This document shows positions 45,409 to 54,761 of a stretch of 64,000 nt of DNA, in pieces. The notes under the pieces were generated by a model. That model was not told the DNA's origin. It saw only the letters and a list, made by a program, of their open reading frames with translations, and made no database searches. This DNA is from Polyangium sp. 6x1 (GTDB lineage Bacteria > Myxococcota_A > Polyangia > Polyangiales > Polyangiaceae), in the NCBI RefSeq assembly GCF_029946515.1, contig NZ_JARZHH010000040.1, forward strand, positions 27,904 to 91,903, read 5' to 3'. Numbering within the stretch: the stretch's first letter is position 1; the number at the start of each line of letters is the position of its first letter. The translations under genes were made by a program, and so were the position numbers.

Positions 45409-46419
45409 ATGAAGACGCTCGACGCTCGAAACGACGAGACCCCGTGGCGCCCGGCGCGCGCGCTCACGCACCCCGCGTGGTGGGTCGCGCTCGCCGTGCT
45501 CGCCGTGAACGATCACGCCCTCAAGGGCAGCGGCCTCGTTCCCCGGCTCGTGACGGGCAAGCTGAGCGATGCGGCGGGCTTGTTCCTCGCGCCCGCGCTG
45601 CTCGCGACGCTCGTCCGCGCGCGAGGGCGGCGCACCGTGATCGGCTGCCACGTGGCCGTGGCCGTGGTGTTTTCTGCGCTCGAGCTCTCGGACGCCCTCG
45701 CCGCGGCGTGGGACGCGGCGCTCGTGGCGCTTGGTTTGCCTTTCCAAACCTGGGCGGATCCGACGGATCTGCTCGCGCTTCCGTTCCTCGCGCTCGGCTA
45801 TCGGGTGCTCTCGCCTTCGATGCGAGAGGTTCGAGACGACAAACCGCGGCGCCCGCTGCGGCCGGTCGAGCTCGCGGCGGCCGCGCTGGGCCTCCTGTTC
45901 TGCATGGCGACGTCGGTGGCTCGGCTGCATCAGGTGCGGCAGACGGGGCCTCGGAACATGATCCTCGCGGACGTGTTCGTGCACGTGCCTCCGGACGAGT
46001 CCGATATGCACGTCGTGATTCGCCGCCCGAAGGCCCCGCTCGATTGCGAGGCGCTGCTCGCGGATCCGAGCCGGCTCCGGCCCGAGACGTTCGACGAAAA
46101 GAACAGCGGTGCGGGGCTCGTGTGGGCGGGGGAGAACCAGGCGATCGCCCCGTCGGAGCGCTGGGGCGTCGAGCCCGAGCACCGCTGCGAGGCGGCGATG
46201 ATCCGCGCGGAGAAGAGCGCGACGTTCTCGTCGGCCGAGATGCCGTGGACCTACGTGCTGTGGGAGACGGGGAAGATCTCGATGCGCCCCATCCCCGAGC
46301 GCCCCGAAAAGGGCGAGGCGCTGCCGGACGGGGCGCTCGTGCTGCGGGAGAAGAAGGGCGCGATCGAGCTCCGTCCGCAGGGGCCGGTGTGGATCCGGCG
46401 CGCGGACGGAGCTCGTTAG
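45409..46419 (+). CDS. Hypothetical membrane protein
   Basis: Start at MKTLDARND. Four or five hydrophobic helices lie in the N-terminal half (WWVALAVLAV, AAGLFLAPALLATLV, AVAVVFSALEL, AAAALGLLFCMA), followed by a soluble C-terminal domain. Confidence 0.55.
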   Translation: MKTLDARNDETPWRPARALTHPAWWVALAVLAVNDHALKGSGLVPRLVTGKLSDAAGLFLAPALLATLVRARGRRTVIGCHVAVAVVFSALELSDALAAAWDAALVALGLPFQTWADPTDLLALPFLALGYRVLSPSMREVRDDKPRRPLRPVELAAAALGLLFCMATSVARLHQVRQTGPRNMILADVFVHVPPDESDMHVVIRRPKAPLDCEALLADPSRLRPETFDEKNSGAGLVWAGENQAIAPSERWGVEPEHRCEAAMIRAEKSATFSSAEMPWTYVLWETGKISMRPIPERPEKGEALPDGALVLREKKGAIELRPQGPVWIRRADGAR

Positions 46420-46520
46420 AGCATCGAACCATTCGATGCTCTGCGAGATCGCCTCGGGGGGGTGAATCGGCCGGGCTGCGCCTGGCCGAGAGGGGGACGC
46501 GAGGCGTCCCCCTCGGGAGG

Positions 46521-47114
46521 TCAGACCGATCCATACATCGCGGCGAATGCCGCGGCTTCACCCCGCAGCAGAATGTCGATGCGCGAGCTCGTGTTCGCCG
46601 AGGTGTGCAGCTTGCCATTGCGCACGTCGAGCACGGCCGGCACGTATTCGGGGTGGCTCTCGCAGAGGCCACGCGAGAGGAGCGCGAGGATCACGGCCGT
46701 GCGGCGCGGCGTGAGCGGCTCGCTGCGGAAATACAGCTTGATCAGGTGCGGTTTGCCCGAGAGGACGAGCCCGAGCTCGGGGTTCACGTCGATCTCGAGC
46801 GCGCCGAGCGAGAGGCCGGCGCGCGGGGGCTCGAAGAAATTCATCGGGCCCTCGGCGAGGAACGCACGATATCCCGCGATGACGAGCGGATAATGCTTCT
46901 GCCGCTTCTCGTCGTCCTGCGCGCGCGCGATCTCGGTCAGCGTGGAGGCCGGGAGGCCCTTCTTGTGCATCTCGACGATGGCCTCCCGGATCGGACGATA
47001 AAAGTCCGTGCTGAGCTCGTCCTTGCGCTCCTTGTACTCGCGCACGCCGGTGAGCTTGGGCGTCCCGGACTTCAGCACGAAATCGACGAAGTACGTCAGC
47101 GAGACCTTGTCCAT
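46521..47114 (-). CDS. Hypothetical protein (about 197 aa)
   Basis: GGAGGA lies 6 nt before ATG 47114 (MDKVSLTYFVDF). Lys/Glu-rich with balanced composition. No recognisable motif. Confidence 0.5.
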   Translation of the reverse strand: MDKVSLTYFVDFVLKSGTPKLTGVREYKERKDELSTDFYRPIREAIVEMHKKGLPASTLTEIARAQDDEKRQKHYPLVIAGYRAFLAEGPMNFFEPPRAGLSLGALEIDVNPELGLVLSGKPHLIKLYFRSEPLTPRRTAVILALLSRGLCESHPEYVPAVLDVRNGKLHTSANTSSRIDILLRGEAAAFAAMYGSV

Positions 47115-47240
47115 CGGTTCCTCCTGGGCCGCGGAGGCGCGCCGGCCATTCACCGTCGCGCGCCGTCCGTGTCGTTTCCAGAAGATAACACAGAACCTCC
47201 GTCCGTCACGGTTTTTCATCTTATGCCGTGATGAACAATG

Positions 47241-47254
47241 TCCGACCGGTCGGA
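47241..47254 (-). terminator. Perfect 14-bp GC-rich palindrome TCCGACCGGTCGGA (then GGACgaaaaatGTCC) immediately 3' of the beta-lactamase::DUF1343 gene stop
   Basis: It lies 15-28 nt beyond the stop codon (47269-47271, minus strand). It may be a terminator-like hairpin or a protein-binding palindrome. Confidence 0.2.
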
Positions 47255-47268
47255 GGACGAAAAATGTC

Positions 47269-49677
47269 CTACCGATTGTCTCGTACGAACGCGGGATAGA
47301 GCAGGTGTGGCTTGCGGCGCTCCGAAAAAGCCTTGAGATCCTGCTCGTAGAGCGCGACGAGGCGCGGCAGGTCGTCGCCGCGGACGAGCGCCTCGTGGAC
47401 GCGGGCGCTGCCGAGCAGGGTCAGGACGCCGGAGGGCTTCCATTCCTCGGGATGGAGCCTGCGCAAAACGACCGCAATCGCGAGGCCCACGCGGACAGGC
47501 TGGATCTTCACGGGATCGGTGACGTCGAGGGCGACGCCCTCGCAAGGCACGCCGGCGTGGGTGCTCGACGCGGGCGTGAAGCGGACCGGGGAGAAGCGCA
47601 CGCCGGGGAGGTCGAGTCGCGCGAGCTCGGCGGCGAGGCGCGCGCCGGAGAGGAAAGGCGCGCCCACGCGCTCGAAGGGCCTGTCGGTGCCGCGGCCGAC
47701 GCTGACGTTCGTCAATTCGAGCAGGCCCACGCCGGGATAGAGGAGCGCCTCGGTGACGCTGCGCAAATTGGGCGAGGGGTTCACCCAGGGGAGGCCGGTC
47801 TGTTCGAATCGGAAGGAGCGATCCCAGCCTTCGAGGGGCACGACGTGGAGATCGGCGCCGAGTTTTTTCTCGGCGTCGAAGAGCCGCGCGAGCTCGCCGA
47901 CGGTCATGCCGTGGCGCACGGGGATCGAATGGTACGCGACGAAAGAATCGCGCCCGGGATCGACGAGCGGGCCCTCCAGCGCCACGCCGCCGAGCGGATC
48001 CGGCCGATCGAGCACGACGAAGCGGAGGTTCCGTTTCGCGGCCTCCTCGAGGGCATAGCCCATCGTGCTGATGTACGTGTAAAACCGGGTGCCCGCGTCC
48101 TGCACGTCGAAGACGAGCGTGTCGAGGCCGGCGAGCATGGCGTCCGTGGGGCGGCGATCGGCGCCGTAGAGGCTATGGATGGGCAGGGCCGTGCGCGCGT
48201 CTTTTCCGCCGGGGACGAGGGCGTCCTTGTCGGCGCCGAGGCCGTGCTCGGGGCTGAAGATGGCTTTGAGCTCGAACGATTTCGAGGCGGCGAGGACGTC
48301 GATCGTGCGCTCGCCGCGCGCGTTCTTGCCCGTGTGGTTCGTGAGGAGGCCGATCTTGCGACCCGCGAGGACGTCGAACCCGCGCGCTTCGAGGACGTCG
48401 ATGCCCACGCGGACGCGGGCCGCGGGCGGGCTCCGGGGGATCACGACCGCGGCATTGGCGACGTCGCGGCGCAGGCGCGTGGCGTCGCCTTTGCCGTCGG
48501 GATGGAGGCGGCTCGCGAGCAGGACGACGGCATCGCCGCGGCGGACGTCGAGCCAGAACGCCGTGCCCGTGAAGCCGGTATGGCCGACCCCGCCGAAGAG
48601 CGAGCCGAGGGTGAGGCTGCGGGACGATGGTTTGTCGGGGCTGCCTTCGGGGAGGGGCAAGGGGCGGAGCTCGGTCATCGCGCGGACGGAGGCTTCCGAG
48701 AGGATACGGCGACCGTCGAATTCGCCGCCGCCGAGGATCATGCGGACGAACCGGCCAAGGTCATCCGCGGTGGAGAAGAGCCCCGCGTGCCCGGCCACGC
48801 CGCCGAGGGCGCGGGCCCGCGGATCGTGGACCTCGCCGACGAGCAGTTTGTCATGGATTCGCTCGGTGGGCGCGGCGCGCGCGGCGAGCGGAGGCCCGGG
48901 GCGGAAGGTGGTGTCCTGCATGCCGAGCGGCTCGAAGAGGTTTTTCCGGGCGAACACGTCGAGGGGCTCGCCCGAGGCGCGGCGGACGATTTCGCCGAGG
49001 AGGATGTACCCGAGGTCGCTGTAGACGTGGGCCTCGCCGGGCGGGTGGAGGAGCTTGGTCTTCTGGATGCGGGCGAGGGCGCGGGCCTCGCCGTCGGCAT
49101 AAGCGGAGATGGCATCGCCGGCGGGGAGGCCGGAGGTGTGGAGCAGGAGGTGGGTGATCGTGATGCGCTCGCGGTCGTCGCCCGTGAAATCGGGGAGCCA
49201 TTTCTGCGCGGGGTCGTCGAGGCGCAGCGATTTGCGTTCGGCGAGCAGGAGGATCGAGCTCGCGGTGGCGATGGGTTTGGTGAGGCTCGCGACGTCGAAG
49301 ACGGCGTCGAGGGCCATCGACGAAGGAGAAGGCTCCTTGGCGCGGAGGCCATAGGCTTTGCGGAGGACGACGTGGCGCGATTGTACGACGAGGAGGACGG
49401 CGCCCGGGACCTCGCCGCGATCGATGGCGCCGCGGATGGCCGCGTCGAGGCGGGCTTCGGCGTCGGGCGGGAGGGAGGGGAGGGCGGAGGCGGAGGCGGA
49501 GGCGGGAATGGGGGCGGGAGCGGAGGCGGTTGCGGGAGTGGAGGCGGAGGCGGTTGCGGGAGCGGGAGCGGACGCGGGAGCGACCGTTCGGTTCTCCTCG
49601 GGATGCGGTGGCTCGGCGCAGGCGGCGCACAGGGTGAGCGCGAGGGGGAGGGCGTGGTGGGACCGCGGGACGAACAT
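47269..49677 (-). CDS. Fusion protein: class-C beta-lactamase/PBP-like serine hydrolase (N) + DUF1343 (NamZ/YzbB-like exo-glycosidase) domain (C), lipoprotein
   Basis: Signal and lipobox LALTLCAAC followed by an Ala/Ser/Pro linker. The serine-hydrolase S-x-x-K motif is ASLTKP, and YSD is present. The C-terminal ~430 aa match the DUF1343 pattern (GLLTNHTG..., LVFDVQDAGTRFYTYI). Confidence 0.8.
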   Translation of the reverse strand: MFVPRSHHALPLALTLCAACAEPPHPEENRTVAPASAPAPATASASTPATASAPAPIPASASASALPSLPPDAEARLDAAIRGAIDRGEVPGAVLLVVQSRHVVLRKAYGLRAKEPSPSSMALDAVFDVASLTKPIATASSILLLAERKSLRLDDPAQKWLPDFTGDDRERITITHLLLHTSGLPAGDAISAYADGEARALARIQKTKLLHPPGEAHVYSDLGYILLGEIVRRASGEPLDVFARKNLFEPLGMQDTTFRPGPPLAARAAPTERIHDKLLVGEVHDPRARALGGVAGHAGLFSTADDLGRFVRMILGGGEFDGRRILSEASVRAMTELRPLPLPEGSPDKPSSRSLTLGSLFGGVGHTGFTGTAFWLDVRRGDAVVLLASRLHPDGKGDATRLRRDVANAAVVIPRSPPAARVRVGIDVLEARGFDVLAGRKIGLLTNHTGKNARGERTIDVLAASKSFELKAIFSPEHGLGADKDALVPGGKDARTALPIHSLYGADRRPTDAMLAGLDTLVFDVQDAGTRFYTYISTMGYALEEAAKRNLRFVVLDRPDPLGGVALEGPLVDPGRDSFVAYHSIPVRHGMTVGELARLFDAEKKLGADLHVVPLEGWDRSFRFEQTGLPWVNPSPNLRSVTEALLYPGVGLLELTNVSVGRGTDRPFERVGAPFLSGARLAAELARLDLPGVRFSPVRFTPASSTHAGVPCEGVALDVTDPVKIQPVRVGLAIAVVLRRLHPEEWKPSGVLTLLGSARVHEALVRGDDLPRLVALYEQDLKAFSERRKPHLLYPAFVRDNR

Positions 49678-49685
49678 CCCCTTCC

Positions 49686-50489
49686 TTACGCGCCGCCGCG
49701 GCGCAGCCGTTCGAGCTCGGCGCGGAGGCGCGCATTTTCGGCCTCTGCGGCCTCAGCCCTGGCATGGGCTTCTTCGGCCCGTGCACGCTCCTGCTCGGCC
49801 AGCTCCGCCTCGGTCGGCAACAGTTCGTCCCCGCTGGGCCCGAGCCCGACACGCAAGCGTTGCGCCGCACCAGCCCCGACCACGCGCACGAAGCACCCGA
49901 GCACCGTCGAGTGGACGCGATCGGTATCCGTGACCTCGACCTGGACGAGCTTGCCGCGGGCGTTTCGGCGGTAAACGCTGAACCGGACGCGGTCGGGCAA
50001 TTCGGCCGCGTATGGGTCGAACACGAGGAGCTCCTTCACCCCGAGCTCGTCGTAGCGGCGCGGCGATTGCTCCTGGTCCTTCTGATTCTCTTCCGCCATC
50101 ACCTCGAGCGCGAAGCTCGGTACGATGCCGGTCTCCCATACCTTCCAGCATTTGGGAGCGCTATCGGGATCCACGCCCGGGAGGACGTAAAGGTCGGGCG
50201 CGACCGTCACCGTCGGGGCGTACTGGACCCAGTAGATGAATTGATCGGCCCCCACGAATGCGCGGACGCCCTGCGACGCCAGGAAGCGGGCGAGCAAGGG
50301 GCGGAACAGCTCGATGATGAGCGTCTGGAGCGCGCTTTCACCCATGTCGTCGTGCGTCGGGTAGAAGGTCGGATCGTCGGTGCCGAGGTTACGCGCCGCG
50401 GTGCCCATGCCCGCAGCATACCATGGCAGGCCCTCCGCAGGGAAGGGATCCACGGGATCGGGCGACGCGGCGACAAGCGGGTCGCTCAT
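49686..50489 (-). CDS. Uma2-family (DUF820) putative PD-(D/E)XK endonuclease
   Basis: 267 aa. The core has LASQGVRAFVGADQFIYW...PDLYVL. The C-terminal Ala/Glu/Arg-rich coiled coil (EAELAEQERARAEEAHARAEAAEAENARLRAELERLRR) is typical of Uma2 proteins. It lies 8 bp upstream of 47269-49677. Confidence 0.7.
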   Translation of the reverse strand: MSDPLVAASPDPVDPFPAEGLPWYAAGMGTAARNLGTDDPTFYPTHDDMGESALQTLIIELFRPLLARFLASQGVRAFVGADQFIYWVQYAPTVTVAPDLYVLPGVDPDSAPKCWKVWETGIVPSFALEVMAEENQKDQEQSPRRYDELGVKELLVFDPYAAELPDRVRFSVYRRNARGKLVQVEVTDTDRVHSTVLGCFVRVVGAGAAQRLRVGLGPSGDELLPTEAELAEQERARAEEAHARAEAAEAENARLRAELERLRRGGA

Positions 50490-50636
50490 CGAGCCCTCCT
50501 ACCACGGGAGCCCTTCGTTCCGTCAAGAAAAACGTTTGTCCTAGCGCATCAACGACTTCCGAGACAAACCCCGTGACGTTCCTCGCAGAGCCCCTTGCCA
50601 TCGCCTCCGCCCCAGGCGATCCTCTCGCGGCTCTCC

Positions 50637-52175
50637 ATGTCCACGCTCCTCCTCCCCCGCCGCCATTTCCTCCTCGGCTCCCTCTCCGCCCTCGCGCTTC
50701 CTTCCTGCGCGGGCCAGTGCGGTTCGCCCGGCGTCGTGACGTCCGAGGCCGCGCGGCCGACGCTTCCGTTTGGTGTGCAGACCGGCGATCCCACGGCCGC
50801 CGGCGTCGTGCTCTGGAGCAAGACGGATCGGCCGGCGCGGCTCCTCGTGGAATGGGGGACCGATGAGCGGCTGAGCGATGCGCAGAAGCTCGAAGGGCCC
50901 GTCGCCACGGCCGAGAACGATTTCACGGCGCGCCTGGAGCTCACGGGGTTGCCGCCCGGGAAGCGGATCCATTATCGCGTGGTCTTCGAGGCGGACGACG
51001 TGGGGCACGCGCGGAGCGAGCCGGCCTTGGGGTCGCTGCGCGCGCCGCCGGGGCCGGGGGAGGATGTGAAGATCGTGTGGTCGGGCGATACGGCAGGGCA
51101 AGGGTTCGGGATCGATGTCGCCCGCGGCGGGATGAAGACGTATGCGTCGATCGCGCGGCTCGCGCCGGATCTGTTCATCCATTCGGGAGATCGGATCTAC
51201 GCGGACAATCCCTTGCCGGAGCAGATCGAGCTGCCCGATGGGTCCGTCTGGAAGAACCTCGTGACGCCCGCGAAATCGAAGGTGGCCGAGACGCTGGAGG
51301 AGTTTCGGGGCAATTTCGCGTACAACTTCCTCGACGAGCACGTGCGGCGGCTGCACGCGGCCGTGCCGACGATCGTGCAATGGGACGATCACGAGGTGCG
51401 CAACAACTGGTTTCCCGGGCAGGTGCTGGAGGATCCGCGGTACAAGGAGCGGCGGGCGTCGGTGCTGGCCGGGTTCGCGAAGCAGGCGATGTTCGAGTAT
51501 GCGCCGATGCGGCAAGGGCCCATTCATCGGGTGCTGTCGTACGGGCCGCGCGTGGATGTGTTCGTGCTCGACGCGCGGAGCTTTCGGGGGACGAATGGGC
51601 CGAATCGCGAGGAAAAGGAGTCGCCCACGATCCTCGGCGAAGCGCAGATCGCATGGCTGAAGGAGGCGCTCGCGCGGTCGACCGCGACCTGGAAGATCAT
51701 CGCGTGCGACCAGCCGATCGGGCTCGTGGTCCCGGATGGACCGACGGCGCAGGACGGGTTCGCGAACGGGGAGGGAGCGCCGCTCGGGCGGGAGCTGGAG
51801 ATCGCGGCGATTCTGTCGTTCTTGCAGGAGAAACGTATCCGAAACGTCCTGTGGATCACGGCCGACGTGCATTACGCAGCGGCGCACCATTACGATCCTT
51901 CGCGGGCGAAGCTCGCGAAGTTCGACCCGTTCTGGGAGCTCGTCGCCGGGCCGCTCCACGCGGGCACGTTCGGGCCGGCGCCACTCGACGAGACGTTCGG
52001 GCCAGAGGTGAAGTTTCAGAATCGGAAGCAGGGGGATCCGCCGGTCGGTCCTGCCGGAGGAAAACAGTCGTTCGGGGTGCTCGCGATCGACGGCAAGAGC
52101 GGGCGGCTCCGCGCGGCGCTGCACGATGGCGATGGGAACGAGATGTGGGGCGTGGAGATCGAGGCGGTGAGCTGA
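50637..52175 (+). CDS. phoD: Alkaline phosphatase D (PhoD), Tat-secreted
   Basis: The twin-arginine signal is MSTLLLPRRHFLLGSLSALALPSCAG. Metallophosphatase motifs are GDRIYAD and QWDDHEVRNNW. An alternative ATG lies at 50595. Confidence 0.85.
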   Translation: MSTLLLPRRHFLLGSLSALALPSCAGQCGSPGVVTSEAARPTLPFGVQTGDPTAAGVVLWSKTDRPARLLVEWGTDERLSDAQKLEGPVATAENDFTARLELTGLPPGKRIHYRVVFEADDVGHARSEPALGSLRAPPGPGEDVKIVWSGDTAGQGFGIDVARGGMKTYASIARLAPDLFIHSGDRIYADNPLPEQIELPDGSVWKNLVTPAKSKVAETLEEFRGNFAYNFLDEHVRRLHAAVPTIVQWDDHEVRNNWFPGQVLEDPRYKERRASVLAGFAKQAMFEYAPMRQGPIHRVLSYGPRVDVFVLDARSFRGTNGPNREEKESPTILGEAQIAWLKEALARSTATWKIIACDQPIGLVVPDGPTAQDGFANGEGAPLGRELEIAAILSFLQEKRIRNVLWITADVHYAAAHHYDPSRAKLAKFDPFWELVAGPLHAGTFGPAPLDETFGPEVKFQNRKQGDPPVGPAGGKQSFGVLAIDGKSGRLRAALHDGDGNEMWGVEIEAVS

Positions 52176-53168
52176 TCAGAGCGCCTTCCACCCGAACGCG
52201 ACCGCGCCTTGCGGCAAGCGCGGCGGTTCGAGGGAGAGGATGTAATCGACGCGGCGGTTCTTCGCCTCGGCGACCTCGTCCGCCGTTTTGACGATCGGGT
52301 TATGCTCGCCGAACCCTTCCCACGCGACCGGGATCTTCAGGCCGCGGCCGCGGAACCAGGCGGCGATCGCGCGCGCTCGCTTGCGCGAGAGCGTCAGGTT
52401 GTGCTCGGGGCTGCCCACCGTGTCGGTGTGGCCCGCGATGTAGAGCGAGATGCCCTTCAAATCCTGGTGCTTCGAGAGGGCGTCCTTCACCTTGTCGAGG
52501 CTCGCTTCGAGCTTCGGGACCTCGGAGTCGCGGATCTTGTCCGAGTCGGTCTCGAAATTGACCTCCTCGTGGTCGATCTTCACGTTCCACGGCGTGATCG
52601 CCACGCCGACATAGTTGCCCTCGGTGTCGTGGCCCCAGACCTCGATGCGCGAGACGGTCTCGGCCCGGATCGGGCTCCAGTCGATCGCGAGCACCGTGCC
52701 CGGCGCCGCGCCTTCGAAGGCCTTCGCCGCGTTCGCCAGGACCTTGCCGGATTCACCGATGACCTGGAGCTCGACCTTGCACGCGGCCCGCGTGAGCTTG
52801 ACCTCGAGCTTGTGTCCGTCGAGGTCGACCCGGGATCGATCCACGCTGATCTCGAGCTTCTTTTTCGGCCCCGCGGCCGCTCCTGCCTTGGGCTCGCACG
52901 TGATCGAAGGCGCCTTCGGGGCCTCCGCGAGCTCCGTCGGGGCGGGTTTGTCCGGGGCAGGCTCCGGCTTCGCCTCCTCGGCCGGAGGCGGCTTCGGGGC
53001 CTCGTCCGTTTTCGGGGGCGTGGACGTGGGGGGCGTGGACGAGGTCGCCTCGGCGGTGGGGCCTTCGGTCGGGGTCTCGGGGTTCGTCTGGGCGCCCGCG
53101 CCGCCGCAGCCGCAGGCGAGCGCCAGCAGCAAAAGGGGCGCGATCGACGAGGTTCGGAAGATCGCCAT
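52176..53168 (-). CDS. OmpA-family lipoprotein (C-terminal peptidoglycan-binding OmpA domain)
   Basis: Lipobox LLLLALACGC, then a Pro/Glu/Lys-rich linker. The OmpA-domain motifs are IAGHTDTVGSPEHNLTLSRKRARAIAAWF and RRVDYIL. Confidence 0.8.
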   Translation of the reverse strand: MAIFRTSSIAPLLLLALACGCGGAGAQTNPETPTEGPTAEATSSTPPTSTPPKTDEAPKPPPAEEAKPEPAPDKPAPTELAEAPKAPSITCEPKAGAAAGPKKKLEISVDRSRVDLDGHKLEVKLTRAACKVELQVIGESGKVLANAAKAFEGAAPGTVLAIDWSPIRAETVSRIEVWGHDTEGNYVGVAITPWNVKIDHEEVNFETDSDKIRDSEVPKLEASLDKVKDALSKHQDLKGISLYIAGHTDTVGSPEHNLTLSRKRARAIAAWFRGRGLKIPVAWEGFGEHNPIVKTADEVAEAKNRRVDYILSLEPPRLPQGAVAFGWKAL

Positions 53169-53233
53169 GGAGAACGTCTACCAAAACCCGGAGGGCGACT
53201 CCAGGCTTTCGTGGCCGTCCCCGGCGGCGCGGA

Positions 53234-54085
53234 TCACCTCGGCCAGCGGACGTCGAGGACGACGCGGCGGCCATTGCGGAAGAGCTCGAAGATGGCCCCG
53301 CCCTTTTCACGGGAGGACGCGTAGCCGCTCAGCGCGCGGTCGGGGCTATCGACGCCGAAGCCATTGATGGAGACGAGGACGTCGCCCGCCTGGACGCCCG
53401 CGAGCGCGTCGATCGAGTCGGGGCCGAGGCGCGAGAAGCGCACGCCGACCGTCTTTCCGCCCTGGATCACGGGGCTGATGCGCGTGCGGAGGTCGGTGCC
53501 GCCGTCGAAGATGCTCTTGCCGAGGTTCGTGCGGACGAGGAAGATGTCGAGGCCGGCGTCGCGGAGCTTCTGCACCCGCGTGAGCAAGGCGTCCGGATCG
53601 TGGACCTCGGGCGTTAGCGCGGCGAGGACGCTCGTGAGGGCCGGGACGCTCGCGTCTTCGAGGGGAGCCTCGTTGCGCGGCGCGGGCGGGGCGGGCGGCG
53701 CGGCCTGTTGTTTTCGGTGGCCGCGGGGCTTTTTGTGGGGTGTTTCATTTGGCTTCGGGCCGTACTCCGCAGCATGCAGGAGCGCCGTCGAGTGGATGTC
53801 CGAGAGGCGTCGTGCCGCGTCGACGAAGCCGTACGCCGTGATCCCGCAAAAGCACACGACGAGCGCGGACATCACCCAGCGCAGGTGTTCTCTGTAGCGC
53901 GGGACGGATTTTCGGGCGGCGCGTTGCACGACCTGGCAAGCTTTGCGGAGGCACGGGTCGCAAGCTTCGGCGTCCGCGCCGCCGGGGACGAATGGCTCCT
54001 TGCAGAGCTGGCAAATGTGCGTTTGCTCGACGTGAGGGGCCGAGCAGGTGGGGCAAGACGGGGTGCGGTAGGGCTCGGGCGACAT
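53234..54085 (-). CDS. Zinc-ribbon + TM + PDZ-domain protein (GspC-like topology)
   Basis: Start at MSPEPYRTPSC. It has two CxxC pairs (CPTCSAP, CQLCKEP; CDPCLRKAC), one TM helix (VMSALVVCFCGITAYGFV), a Pro-rich linker, and a C-terminal PDZ-like fold (GVQAGDVLVSINGFGV). The raw ORF extends upstream to a GTG at 54265. Confidence 0.5.
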   Translation of the reverse strand: MSPEPYRTPSCPTCSAPHVEQTHICQLCKEPFVPGGADAEACDPCLRKACQVVQRAARKSVPRYREHLRWVMSALVVCFCGITAYGFVDAARRLSDIHSTALLHAAEYGPKPNETPHKKPRGHRKQQAAPPAPPAPRNEAPLEDASVPALTSVLAALTPEVHDPDALLTRVQKLRDAGLDIFLVRTNLGKSIFDGGTDLRTRISPVIQGGKTVGVRFSRLGPDSIDALAGVQAGDVLVSINGFGVDSPDRALSGYASSREKGGAIFELFRNGRRVVLDVRWPR

Positions 54086-54312
54086 GGAGCGGAAGAATAT
54101 CAAGTTTGGTGCCAGGCCCGCGCGGGCCCGTTTTGCCGAGAGAACACGCGCCCCGTTCGCCAGGATCGCGACATTCCGGCGCGAGGCGCGCCGCGCGCTG
54201 CCAAAGTGACAAGCGTTTCCAGGAGCGCCATTTTCCGTTGCGGCAGGATTCGCGCGGGCAGTCACGTCGCGACGGAATTGACGCGTTCTGCCCCGCGCGG
54301 TAGTCGTTCGGG

Positions 54313-54735
54313 ATGGACCTTCTCCCGGTCGACAAGGCCGAGATCACGAAGACGGCGCGGGCGACGGTGTGGCTGTGGCGGCCCGCCCGGCGCGTCTTCG
54401 TGACGCGGGTGGCGGGCTGCCTCGACGCGCAGGGCGCGACGGCGATCGAGGCGATGGCGCGCAGGGTCGTGGCCGAGGACGGGGGGATCGCCGGCTTTCA
54501 CGACTGGGAGGAGATGACCGATTACGAGTCGCCCGCCCGGACGCGGCTGACCGAGATGGCGCGCGACCTCGGGAAATCGAACGACGTCGCCCATTTCATC
54601 GTGCGGTCGAAGCTCGTGGCGCTCGGCATCCAGGCGGCGAGCGTGGTGATGGCGGGCGTGCGCGTGCACCATACCCGCGCGGGCTTCGAGGCGGCGCTGC
54701 GTGAATGCATTCAGCAACGAAGCCGCACGGCGTGA
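54313..54735 (+). CDS. Hypothetical protein (140 aa; possibly STAS/SpoIIAA-like)
   Basis: Compact ORF 26 bp upstream of the DnaJ-like gene. No strong motif. Confidence 0.4.
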   Translation: MDLLPVDKAEITKTARATVWLWRPARRVFVTRVAGCLDAQGATAIEAMARRVVAEDGGIAGFHDWEEMTDYESPARTRLTEMARDLGKSNDVAHFIVRSKLVALGIQAASVVMAGVRVHHTRAGFEAALRECIQQRSRTA

Positions 54736-54761
54736 TTGCCAGAGGGGGCGCGTGAGCCGAG

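Noticed and set aside
47008-49974. 988-aa plus-strand ORF
   Set aside because: It is antisense to the beta-lactamase::DUF1343 fusion (SLTKP motif, lipobox). The product is Gly/Glu/Arg-rich with no motifs.
49686-50489. Uma2 endonuclease as a possible mobile-element marker
   Set aside because: Uma2/DUF820 proteins are standalone nucleases, not transposases. No terminal inverted repeats, integrase, transposase or target-site duplications are visible anywhere in the window.
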